Assembly: GCA_003695205.1 (NCBI GenBank) | Contig: RFIO01000174.1 | Span: 1 to 41,852, forward strand | Length of the DNA: 41,852 nucleotides | From: Deltaproteobacteria bacterium | GTDB taxonomy: Bacteria > Desulfobacterota > Desulfuromonadia > Desulfuromonadales > Geothermobacteraceae | Direction of reading: 5' to 3' | Shown here: piece by piece, positions 9,161 through 17,841 of the stretch | Layout of the letters: each line of letters opens with the position of its first letter | Numbering within the stretch: position 1 is the stretch's first letter | Notes under the pieces: generated by a model | Seen by the model: the letters and a program-made list of their open reading frames with translations, nothing else | What the model was told of the DNA's origin: nothing | The model's database searches: none | Made by a program: the position numbers and the translations under genes

Positions 9161-10162
9161 ATGTCCAACCTGAACAAGCGACACCTGCATCTGACCGTAT
9201 CACAGGAGACTGCCGGCGAACGGATCGATCGTTTTCTGGCTGGCGCCTGTCCGGATATAAGCAGGGAATGCTGGAAAAAGGTCATTGCCACCGGCGGTGT
9301 TCATCTGAATGGCCGTCGCTGGCGGCAGTGCTCAACCTGTTTGCGGCAGGGTGACCGGGTAGAGGTCTTTATTGACGGCCGACCGCTTGAGCCGTGGCTG
9401 CCCGGGGCAGAGCGCATTCTTTATCGGGACCGGTGGTTGCTGGCACTTGACAAGCCGGCCGGCATTGACTGCCAACCGACTCCGGCCAGGTTCCAGGGAA
9501 CCGTTTACCAGGGAGTGCTGGACTACCTCGGTCGCCGTGATCGGCGGCATGGACGCAAACCCGATATCGGCATGGTTCAGAGGCTGGACCGGGACACCAG
9601 TGGCGTCATGGTGTTCAGTATTCACCCCCAGGCCCACAAGGGACTGACGAGGCAATTCACCGAACACCGGCTGCGCAAGTTCTACCTGGCCTTGGTCAGC
9701 GGCACAATGCCGGATCAGGCCGGGGTTCTGCGATCAAACCTTGCGAGGTCCAGGGCCGACAACCTTGTGCGCTCCGTATCCAAAGGTGGTCGCGGGGCTG
9801 TCACCCGCTACCGGGTATTGGCCAGGGAAGGGGAGGTCAGTCTTGTTCTGGTCGAGCCCGTGACCGGACGGTCGCACCAGATACGCGCCCATTGTTCCGA
9901 AGCCGGTTGCCCGCTGGTCGGAGACCTGCCCTATGGCGGTCCGGCCGCCGCAGCAGGGGTGGCTGTGCATGGACAGCTGTTGCACGCCTGGCAGTTGCAC
10001 CTGAAACACCCTGTCAGCCTTGCCGACTTGCGCATCCGCTCCGGACTGCCCGAACAGTGGACTTCGGTCCTCTCCCAGGTCGGGATCCGGTTCGATCAAG
10101 CCTGGTCGCCTGAGCAGCTTTTGCCCTTTTGCGAAAATGGAGCTTGCATTGAGGACTGCTGA
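9161..10162 (+). CDS. RluA/RluD-family pseudouridine synthase with S4 domain
   Basis: GERIDRFLA (S4), LDKPAG, QRLDRDTSG (catalytic Asp), TGRSHQIRAH, PLVGD..YG, LHAWQL. Confidence 0.92.
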   Translation: MSNLNKRHLHLTVSQETAGERIDRFLAGACPDISRECWKKVIATGGVHLNGRRWRQCSTCLRQGDRVEVFIDGRPLEPWLPGAERILYRDRWLLALDKPAGIDCQPTPARFQGTVYQGVLDYLGRRDRRHGRKPDIGMVQRLDRDTSGVMVFSIHPQAHKGLTRQFTEHRLRKFYLALVSGTMPDQAGVLRSNLARSRADNLVRSVSKGGRGAVTRYRVLAREGEVSLVLVEPVTGRSHQIRAHCSEAGCPLVGDLPYGGPAAAAGVAVHGQLLHAWQLHLKHPVSLADLRIRSGLPEQWTSVLSQVGIRFDQAWSPEQLLPFCENGACIEDC

Positions 10163-10947
10163 TGCTGAACTATCCTGATATCGATCCGGTTCTTTTCAGA
10201 GTAGGGCCGCTGGCGGTACGATGGTACGGGCTGATGTATCTGGCCGGTTTCGGTGCCGCCTGGCTGCTTATCCGGCGGCTGGCCGACCGGAAGGGCCTGC
10301 CTCTTGGCCGCGACGACCTTTCCGATCTGCTTTTCTACGCCGTGATAGGGGTCATTCTCGGCGGTCGGCTCGGCTATGTTCTCTTCTACAACCCGGCGCA
10401 CTTTTTCAGCCACCCTCTGGATATCCCGGCGGTCTGGCAGGGGGGGATGAGTTTTCACGGCGGATTGCTCGGTGTGATCCTGGCCAGCCTGCTCTTCTGC
10501 CGACGACGCAGTCTGCCGGTGCTTCAGCTCGGAGATATCATTGCCAACAGCGCGACTATCGGGCTTGGACTCGGTCGGCTCGGCAATTTCATCAACGGCG
10601 AACTCTGGGGGCGTACCACCGATGTCCCCTGGGGCATGGTCTTTCCCCAGGCCGGCCTGCTGCCGCGTCATCCCAGCCAGCTGTATGAATTCCTGCTCGA
10701 AGGAGTCGTCCTCTTCTGTCTGCTGCTCTGGCTCAACCTGCGTGGCTCCAGGGCCGGGGTCCCCCTCTTTGTCTTTTTCGCCGGCTACGGTCTGTTCCGA
10801 TTCCTGGTCGAGTTCGTGCGTGAACCCGATCCTCAGCTCGGCTTTTTGTGGTTCGGAGCTACCATGGGTCAACTGCTCTCTTTACCGATGATTCTGTTGG
10901 GTATCGCAGGCCTCTGGTTTGTGCTGCGGGGCAGGACGGCCAGATGA
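10162..10947 (+). CDS. lgt: Prolipoprotein diacylglyceryl transferase
   Basis: RWYGLMY, GGRLGYVLFY, GGMSFHGG, GRLGNFINGELWGR, RHPSQLYE. Confidence 0.97.
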   Translation: MLNYPDIDPVLFRVGPLAVRWYGLMYLAGFGAAWLLIRRLADRKGLPLGRDDLSDLLFYAVIGVILGGRLGYVLFYNPAHFFSHPLDIPAVWQGGMSFHGGLLGVILASLLFCRRRSLPVLQLGDIIANSATIGLGLGRLGNFINGELWGRTTDVPWGMVFPQAGLLPRHPSQLYEFLLEGVVLFCLLLWLNLRGSRAGVPLFVFFAGYGLFRFLVEFVREPDPQLGFLWFGATMGQLLSLPMILLGIAGLWFVLRGRTAR

Positions 10948-11576
10948 CGATTGCGGGTGTCATTTTTGACTGTGACGGTGTCCTGTTCGAGAGTCGCAGG
11001 GCCAACCTGGCCTACTACAACGCCATTCTCGCCCGCTTCGATCTTCCGCCGGTCACCGAGGATCAGCCTGACAAGGCGCAGCTGTGTCACACCGCCGACA
11101 GCCGTACCGTGCTGACCAGCCTGTTGGAACCCGGCCTGGCGGAACGGGCGCTGGAGATTGCCGCCGGGCTTGACTACCGGCAGTTCCTTCCATTCATGGA
11201 CCCTGAACCCGGGATGATCGAGGGGTTGCGGCGCCTGAGCAGTGCATGGCCGCTGGCAGTTGCTACCAACCGCGGCAACAGCATGACGGACATACTGCAT
11301 CATTTCGGCCTGGCTGAATGTTTCAGTGCTGTGGTCACCAGCAGGGATGTCGCCCGTCCCAAGCCGGCGCCCGACATGCTTTTCAAGGCTGCGCAGAGCC
11401 TGGAGATCGATTCTTCCCAGCTGGTTTTTGTCGGTGACTCGGAGCTGGATCGCCAGGCCGCCGACGCGGCCGGCATTCGGTTTGTTGCCTATGGCGAGAG
11501 GGTGTCCGGAGACTGGCAGGTTCGGTCTCACGGTGAGCTGGAACAGCTGCTGGCGCTTGTCAGTTCAGATCCTTGA
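10944..11576 (+). CDS. HAD-family hydrolase (phosphoglycolate phosphatase-like)
   Basis: FDCDGVL motif I, VATNR, KPAP, FVGDS..D; ATGA overlap with lgt. Confidence 0.88.
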   Translation: MTIAGVIFDCDGVLFESRRANLAYYNAILARFDLPPVTEDQPDKAQLCHTADSRTVLTSLLEPGLAERALEIAAGLDYRQFLPFMDPEPGMIEGLRRLSSAWPLAVATNRGNSMTDILHHFGLAECFSAVVTSRDVARPKPAPDMLFKAAQSLEIDSSQLVFVGDSELDRQAADAAGIRFVAYGERVSGDWQVRSHGELEQLLALVSSDP

Positions 11577-11979
11577 TCATTTCAAGCACGTGCCCCGAAT
11601 CGGTCTGGCGATATTCGACGCTGTCCATCAGGGATCGGATAATGTAGACCCCGCGGCCGTGCTCGTCGAGGGATCGGAACTCGGGGCTTGAGCGGTCCTT
11701 GAAATCGAACCCGGCCCCCTGGTCGAAGACCCGGATTATCAGACGGCCCCGGTCGACGCTGATCGATACCCGGATCTCCTTGTCCGGATCATCTTCGTTG
11801 GCGTGTCGGATGGCGTTGGTAATGGCCTCGGTCAACACTAGGTTGACATGGTAGGCCAGTTCCTCGCGGTCGCCCCTGTACCCCCTGAGGGTGTGGGCCA
11901 CATCCTCTCCAACCCGGCCGATCAGTCCGAGATAGCGGGTCTGGTTGGGAACCCTGATGTCGATATCCAGCTTTTCCAT
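11560..11979 (-). CDS. RsbW-like anti-sigma factor / Ser kinase (HATPase_c_2)
   Basis: LTEAITNAIRHA N-box, DQGAGFD, EHGRGVYIIRSLMD. Confidence 0.88.
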   Translation of the reverse strand: MEKLDIDIRVPNQTRYLGLIGRVGEDVAHTLRGYRGDREELAYHVNLVLTEAITNAIRHANEDDPDKEIRVSISVDRGRLIIRVFDQGAGFDFKDRSSPEFRSLDEHGRGVYIIRSLMDSVEYRQTDSGHVLEMIKDLN

Positions 11980-12024
11980 CTGTCACGGTCGGCCGGAGGC
12001 GGTGTGCCTCCGGCCCGATTCCAG

Positions 12025-12363
12025 TCAACTGAAACTGGCAAGCGCCTCATCGACGTTGGGAAAGATTTCGAACACCCGATGCAGCCGGGTCAGTTCGAAC
12101 ATCGATTTGACCTGGGGCTGCAGGTTGCAGAGCTTCAGGCTGCCGCTGCGCGCGCTGGCGTTCTTGAAGCCCGATACCAGGGCTCCAAGGCCGGAGGAGT
12201 CGACAAAGCGCACCTCCTCAAGATTGACAACCAGGCTGTTCTTGCCTTCCTCGAACAGGTTAAGCATCTGGGTCTTGAGCTCGCCGCTGTTGTGAGCGTC
12301 GAGGCGCTCCTCCTTGACCGTAATCAGGACGGCGGTGTCTTTTTCCTCAATCTGAACGATCAT
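12025..12363 (-). CDS. STAS-domain anti-anti-sigma factor (RsbV-like)
   Basis: RLDAHNS, VRFVDSSGLGALV (phospho-acceptor Ser), FELTRL; AAGGAG RBS before ATG 12363. Confidence 0.9.
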   Translation of the reverse strand: MIVQIEEKDTAVLITVKEERLDAHNSGELKTQMLNLFEEGKNSLVVNLEEVRFVDSSGLGALVSGFKNASARSGSLKLCNLQPQVKSMFELTRLHRVFEIFPNVDEALASFS

Positions 12364-12447
12364 GTGACTGGCTCCTTGGTCTGGTTTGGCCCGTCGGGCG
12401 GGCCGCTTTAGCATAGCATAACTGACCCCGACGACCTCAGGTTCGGG

Positions 12448-15400
12448 TCAGCTTTCCCGTTTCATGACCACCAGGGAAATGTCATCCCTGAAGTTCTGGC
12501 TGCCGGTAAACAGGCGCAACTGCTGCAGCAGCGTCTCGATCAGTTCCTGCGGCTGCAGATGCCTGTTGTCGATGAGCATCTGTACCAGTCTCTCCTCCCC
12601 GAAAAACTCGCCGGCGCGGTTTTCCGCCTCGGTCAGGCCGTCCGTGAACATCAGCAGGACATCGCCAGGCTCAAGTCGGTCGCGACAGCAGTCGAAGGTG
12701 ACTTCCGGGCGCACCCCGAGGATCAGTCCTTCGGCGTCAAGCCGGTCGATCGTGCCGCTGGCGTGCCTGTAGACCAGGGGCGGGTTATGCCCGGCGCTGG
12801 CATAGACAAGGTTTCCCGTTTCGGGCTGGAATCGAATGTAGACCAGGGTGATGAACAGTTCGGCCTGGGTCAGATCGTCGTAGAAGAACCTGTTCAGGGC
12901 ATCCAGAACCTGGTCCGGTGCGTCAAGCTTGCTGGCGCGAGCGCGAATGAAGGTCCGGGTTTCCGCCATGATCAGTGCCGAGCCGACGTTGTGCCCCGAC
13001 ACGTCAGCCACGACAAGATCGAGGTTGCCGTCGGCGCGCTCCAGGTAGTCGTAGTAATCGCCGCCGACCTCACGGGCCGGAACGCACAACCCGGCCAGGG
13101 AAATCCCCTCTATTCTGGGCGTGGCCTGGGGCAGCAGGCTCAACTGGATGGTTTTGGCGATTTCCATCTCCTTTTGCTGTTCCCGGGCGGCGATCAGGTC
13201 GCGGGTCTGCTGGTTGTTGCGCCAGGCGACACCGACCTGGCTGGCGAGGCTGGTGAACAGCTCGACGAATTCTTCGGTGAAGATGCCTCGAACCGATTTG
13301 GAAAATGCTGACAGAACCCCGATCGGTTCCCCCTCCATGGTGATGGGGGCGTGGGCGAAGGAGAGAATCCCTTCGCGATGTACGATCTGGCTGGTTTGCG
13401 GTTTGTCCTTCAGTTCGTCGGTGTCATTGACGACAATGGCCTGGTTGGTCAGGAAGACCTCGCCGATGGTGGTTTCCATGGTCAGTTTGCGAGCCGAGTG
13501 GCCGAAATGCTCCGAGCTCATGCCTTTCTGGCTGCGAACCGTCAGGGTCATGCTGTCCTGGTCCAGCAGGCGGATTACCACCAGATCGAACTTGAACTGC
13601 TGGATCAGCAGTTCGAGGATGTTGTCGAAGATGGTCTGCAGCGGCGCACCGCTGGCCACAACGCGCGCCGCCTCGTACAGGACGGAAAGCTGCTCGCGGC
13701 TTGAGGTGCGGCTCAGGGTGACCGAGCCGAAGATATCGAAAACCTTCTCCATGCGGCTGCCACGGGTCGACAGGTAGTTTTCGACGATGATACTCGCCGC
13801 CGCGGCCCCGACCGAACCGGCGAGGGTGCGTTCGGTAAAGCGCTTCAGGTTGGGCAGTTCGTATTCCGACAGACTGCCGTGCTGGTCGATGGTCGCCTCC
13901 CGGTCGCCCAGATAATCGGCGATGGCGGCATGAGCCTGTTTCTCCCCGATGAACTTGGACATCAGATCGACGAACTCGAGGATGGACGGGGCGCGGCTGA
14001 TGCGCTGGCGCTCCTTGGGCAGCAGGCTGCCGGTATAGACGCCGACAAACTTTTCAGCCTGTTCGCGCTCGCGCTCATCCGGGGCTGTGAGCAGCGACAG
14101 GGTCAGAAAGGCGCCAATGTTGAAAAAGAGGGTCCAGAACAGGGAATGGCTCCAGATGTCGAAACCGCTCAGCCCGAACAGTTCAAGGGGGCGCAGCAGG
14201 CGGATGCCGAACAGGCCTTCTTCAAGGATGGCACTGTGCAGCCAGCCCGAACGGACAAAGGACGGAATGATCAGGGTATAGAACCAGACCAGGAACCCGA
14301 GGATCAGGCCGGTGGCGGCTCCCTTTCGGGTGGCACGCCGCCAGTAGAGGCCGCCGATCAGGCCCGGGGCGAACTGGGTCGCGGCGATGAAGGAGATCAG
14401 TCCCATGTTGACAAGGGCGTAGGATTCGCCAATGGCCCGGTAGAAGAGGTATCCGAGAAAAACGACAACGAAGATGGCCAGGCGCTTCAGGTTGAGCAGG
14501 ATGAGATAATAGTTGTCGACGACGATGCGGAATTTCAGGATCAGCGGCGTAATCAGCTGGTTGAGAACCATGGTGGCCAGAGCGACCGAGGAGATCATCA
14601 CCATCCCGGCCGCGGCCGACAGGCCGCCGACAAAGGCGAACATGCCAAGCCAGTAGTGTCCGGTCTGCATCGGCAGGGACAGTACGAAGTAATCGGCCTG
14701 ACTGGTGTCTCCGCCGTTGAGCAGCAGGCCGCCCAGGGCGACGGGGAGGACGAACAGATTGATGGCGAAGGCGTACAGGGGAAAGCGCCACATGGCCTGG
14801 CGGATATGACTTTCATCCGAGTTTTCGATGACCATGATGTGAAACTGGCGAGGCAGGAACATGAAGGCCATCATCGAGATGAAGGTAAGGCTGAACCAGG
14901 TGATATAGGGGATCTGTTCGGTGTCGATCAGCAGCAGATGGATCCGTTCAGGAAAATCATGAAGGAATTGACCGAAAATATCTGTGAACCCGTCGAAAAG
15001 GCCATAGGTCACAAAAAGGCCGACGGCGAGAAAGGCGACCAGCTTGATGATCGATTCCAGGGCGATGGCTGCGACCATGCCTTCGTGGCGTTCCGAAGCG
15101 TCGAGGTTTCGGGCTCCGAACAGCACCCCGAACAGGGCAAGAGTCAGGGCGATGATGAAGGCGGTGTCGAGGGTTTGCGGCAGCTGTGGCAGATAGTGAC
15201 CGAGCCCTTCACTGCGTTGCGGAGGCGGCAGGGTGAGCAGATCAAAGGTCTGGGAGACCGCCTTGAGCTGCAGGGCAATGTAGGGCATGATGCCGACCAC
15301 CGAAAAGATGGTGACCAGCCCACCCATGTAGGCCGATTTGCCGTAGCGGCTGGAGACGAAGTCGGCGATGGTGGTGATGTTCTGTTCCTTGCTGATCCGC

Positions 15401-15672
15401 ACCATGCGTCGCAGCAGGAACCACCAGGCAAAGGCAATCAGCGTCGGGCCCAGGTAGATGGTGAGGAAGTCGAGGCCGATGGTGGCGGCGCGGCCGACCG
15501 AACCGTAGAAGGTCCAGGACGTGCAGTAGACTGCCAGCGACAGGGAGTAGATGGTCGGATTGGAAATCAGGCTTTTGCCCTGTTCGTGTTTCCGGTCGGC
15601 GTAATAGGCGACCAGAAACAGCAGCCCCAGATATCCCAGGGTGACCAGTGCGACCAGCTTGACCGAAATCAT
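12448..15672 (-). CDS. SLC5/SSS transporter-like sensor - STAC - GAF - PP2C (SpoIIE/RsbU) phosphatase fusion
   Basis: aa ~1-530 polytopic with CbrA/CrbS-type motifs (YSLSLAVYCTSWTFYGSVG, IADFVSSRYGKS, PYIALQLKA, LPRQFH..VIEN); aa ~563-633 STAC-like (FIGEKQA...ERTLAGSVGAAAA); aa ~660-820 GAF; C-terminal PP2C with GGDYYD, ADVSGH, FTDGLTE, DDIS. Confidence 0.88.
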   Translation of the reverse strand: MISVKLVALVTLGYLGLLFLVAYYADRKHEQGKSLISNPTIYSLSLAVYCTSWTFYGSVGRAATIGLDFLTIYLGPTLIAFAWWFLLRRMVRISKEQNITTIADFVSSRYGKSAYMGGLVTIFSVVGIMPYIALQLKAVSQTFDLLTLPPPQRSEGLGHYLPQLPQTLDTAFIIALTLALFGVLFGARNLDASERHEGMVAAIALESIIKLVAFLAVGLFVTYGLFDGFTDIFGQFLHDFPERIHLLLIDTEQIPYITWFSLTFISMMAFMFLPRQFHIMVIENSDESHIRQAMWRFPLYAFAINLFVLPVALGGLLLNGGDTSQADYFVLSLPMQTGHYWLGMFAFVGGLSAAAGMVMISSVALATMVLNQLITPLILKFRIVVDNYYLILLNLKRLAIFVVVFLGYLFYRAIGESYALVNMGLISFIAATQFAPGLIGGLYWRRATRKGAATGLILGFLVWFYTLIIPSFVRSGWLHSAILEEGLFGIRLLRPLELFGLSGFDIWSHSLFWTLFFNIGAFLTLSLLTAPDEREREQAEKFVGVYTGSLLPKERQRISRAPSILEFVDLMSKFIGEKQAHAAIADYLGDREATIDQHGSLSEYELPNLKRFTERTLAGSVGAAAASIIVENYLSTRGSRMEKVFDIFGSVTLSRTSSREQLSVLYEAARVVASGAPLQTIFDNILELLIQQFKFDLVVIRLLDQDSMTLTVRSQKGMSSEHFGHSARKLTMETTIGEVFLTNQAIVVNDTDELKDKPQTSQIVHREGILSFAHAPITMEGEPIGVLSAFSKSVRGIFTEEFVELFTSLASQVGVAWRNNQQTRDLIAAREQQKEMEIAKTIQLSLLPQATPRIEGISLAGLCVPAREVGGDYYDYLERADGNLDLVVADVSGHNVGSALIMAETRTFIRARASKLDAPDQVLDALNRFFYDDLTQAELFITLVYIRFQPETGNLVYASAGHNPPLVYRHASGTIDRLDAEGLILGVRPEVTFDCCRDRLEPGDVLLMFTDGLTEAENRAGEFFGEERLVQMLIDNRHLQPQELIETLLQQLRLFTGSQNFRDDISLVVMKRES

Positions 15673-15920
15673 GGAGCGCCGCGGTCCCGTCTTCCGGTGT
15701 CGTCGTCACTGCGGCCGAGCTGCAGGGAAAAGAACCAGATGATCAGGATGGAGACGGGCCACCCCACCAGCAGATAGAGCACCAGCACAGGGATGCCCAG
15801 AAGGGTGTCTGCCTTGTTGAAGATATGGATGAAGGGATAGTTGAGCATGATGCAGCCCAGCAGGAAACAGAGAATCCAGGCTTCGCGCAGACGGTGAGGT
15901 TCAGTCGGTTTCATGCTCAT
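15669..15920 (-). CDS. Small two-TM membrane protein, putative SSS accessory subunit
   Basis: Two hydrophobic segments (AWILCFLLGCIMLNYPF; LLGIPVLVLYLLVGWPVSILIIWFF); ATGA overlap with the sensor start. Start is 15920 or 15914. Confidence 0.75.
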   Translation of the reverse strand: MSMKPTEPHRLREAWILCFLLGCIMLNYPFIHIFNKADTLLGIPVLVLYLLVGWPVSILIIWFFSLQLGRSDDDTGRRDRGAP

Positions 15921-15992
15921 GCCGTTGTTGACCGGGCCCGGTTGTTTCGTCCGGGCGGCTGGTTGAAGCCCGCAAAGAAATCCGAACCGGAC

Positions 15993-16021
15993 TTGCTATC
16001 TTAACCCGTTGAATTTACAAT
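15993..16021 (+). promoter_or_regulatory. Putative sigma70 promoter of the TPR operon, overlapped by an IHF-like site (16002-16014)
   Basis: TTGCTA-17 bp-TACAAT; TAACCCGTTGAAT is the reverse complement of ATTCAACGGGTTA, one mismatch from WATCAANNNNTTR. Confidence 0.45.
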
Positions 16022-16122
16022 TAGATTAACATACCGATGACAGCTGTAAAGCTGTCTTTTTATTTTCGATTTTTACCCGCCGGGAGCGAAGTGGCCGCCC
16101 CCTTCGGTCCTGGAGAGAATTC

Positions 16123-17841
16123 ATGCCTCGAAATCGGCTCTGCAATATCTTGCTGCTTGTCATTCTGGCTGCCGGAATTTCAGGTTGTCTGTCCCCCCCG
16201 CGCGGGGCCGCGCCGGGGAGCGTCGAACGCCCGGTCGCCAGCCGGGACCCGGGCAGCGAGGCCCTCTACCATTTTGCCCGTGCCCAGATGCTGATGCAGG
16301 ACCAGCGCTACGCCGAGGCGGCTGCCGCCCTCGAGCGGGCCAGGGAGTTTGATCCCCGCTCCGACAAGCTCAGGCTGGCCACAGGGCAGCTGCGACTGCG
16401 CATGAAGGATGTTGACGGTGCCGCCCATGCAGTCGAAGAGGCACTGATCGAAAACCCGGATTTCGTTGAGGGGCATCTCTTTCTAGGGGGGCTCTACTTT
16501 AACCGCGGGGACTATGCCGGAGCTGTCGGCCATTTTCAGGAGGTGCTGCGCCTCGACCCTGAACGGGATGCCGTCTGGCTGCACCTTGGCATGAGCCATG
16601 CCCGGTTGAATCAGCACGACAGGGCCATCGAAGCCTTTCGGACCTTTGTCGAACGCCGGCCCGAATCGGTGGCCGGATGGGCCCAGCTGGCCCGCTCCTG
16701 CCAGCTGGTCGGGGATGGCGCATGTGCTGAAGAGTCTTACCGGCGCATCATCGAACTGCAGCCGGACCAGCCCGGGGGGTACGTCGAGCTGGCGCAGTTG
16801 CTGGTCGAACAGGGGGATCCTGTTCGGGCCGAAGAGGTCCTGCGCCTTGGAATCGGGCGGTCCGGACAGGCCGGCCTGTTGCGGCATGATCTGGTCGGCG
16901 TTCTGGTGCGGCAGAAGAAATTCGACGAGGCGATGGCGGTCCTTGAGCTGCTCAGGGATGCGAACCCGGATGACCTCGAGGCGCGGCGCAAAATTGGCCT
17001 GCTTCTGATGGAGAAGGGCGATTTTGCCGGTGCCGCGGAGATGTTCGAGGCCATTCTCGATCAGAAACCGGATCTTGACCGTGTGCGTTATTTCCTGGGG
17101 TTGGCTCTTGAGCGGCTTGAAAGCTGGGAGGATGCGCTTGAGGCTTTCAGCCAGGTGCCCCCCGGTGGAGAACTGGGCATGGATGCCGGCTACCACAGGG
17201 CCTTCGTACTGCAACAGCTGGACCGTCTGGACGAGGCGGCTGATGCCCTGAAGGAAGTGCTTGACCGGGGAGCGCAGCGGCCCGACATCTATGACTATCT
17301 CGCTGCCCTTTACGACCAGCTGGGCAAGATGGATCTTGCCCTCGATATTCTCAGGCAGGGTTACGCCCGGTTCCCCGAGGATATCGACCTGCTTTACCGC
17401 CAGGGGGTCGTCTACGAACGTAACGGCATGCGCAAGCTGGCCGTCGGTATCATGCGGCAGGTGCTGGAACGGGACCCGGAGCATCCCGAGGCGCTCAACC
17501 ATGTCGCCTACGGCTATGCCGAGGAGGGCACCAACCTGGAGCAGGCGCTCGAAATGGTCAACAGGGCGCTGGCCAGGCGCCAGGCCCCGCATATCTACGA
17601 TACCCTCGGCTGGGTTCTTTTCCGTCTGGGGCGGTACCCTGAGGCGCACGCCGCGATGGAAAAGGCGGCCGAAGGTCTGCCCTCCGATCCGGTGGTACTC
17701 GATCATTTTGCCCGGGTAAAACAGGCAATGGGGCAGGACGAAAAGGCGCGGGATCTGTGGTTGCAGATTCTCGAAATCGATCCCGAATACCTGCCGGCTC
17801 GTCAAGCTCTGGGCTCGCCCGAGGGTGGTGGCGCACAATGA
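16123..17841 (+). CDS. Tetratricopeptide-repeat lipoprotein
   Basis: Signal peptide with lipobox ISGC; many TPR units; C-terminal ALNHVAYGYAE...YDTLGWVLFRLG...DHF typical of exported TPR proteins. Confidence 0.88.
   Translation: MPRNRLCNILLLVILAAGISGCLSPPRGAAPGSVERPVASRDPGSEALYHFARAQMLMQDQRYAEAAAALERAREFDPRSDKLRLATGQLRLRMKDVDGAAHAVEEALIENPDFVEGHLFLGGLYFNRGDYAGAVGHFQEVLRLDPERDAVWLHLGMSHARLNQHDRAIEAFRTFVERRPESVAGWAQLARSCQLVGDGACAEESYRRIIELQPDQPGGYVELAQLLVEQGDPVRAEEVLRLGIGRSGQAGLLRHDLVGVLVRQKKFDEAMAVLELLRDANPDDLEARRKIGLLLMEKGDFAGAAEMFEAILDQKPDLDRVRYFLGLALERLESWEDALEAFSQVPPGGELGMDAGYHRAFVLQQLDRLDEAADALKEVLDRGAQRPDIYDYLAALYDQLGKMDLALDILRQGYARFPEDIDLLYRQGVVYERNGMRKLAVGIMRQVLERDPEHPEALNHVAYGYAEEGTNLEQALEMVNRALARRQAPHIYDTLGWVLFRLGRYPEAHAAMEKAAEGLPSDPVVLDHFARVKQAMGQDEKARDLWLQILEIDPEYLPARQALGSPEGGGAQ

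Noticed and set aside
13879-15777. Long antisense ORFs (also 18596-20221, 25933-27798, 16483-17838, 38760-40037)
   Set aside because: Shadow frames of high-GC genes on the opposite strand, with no protein motifs.
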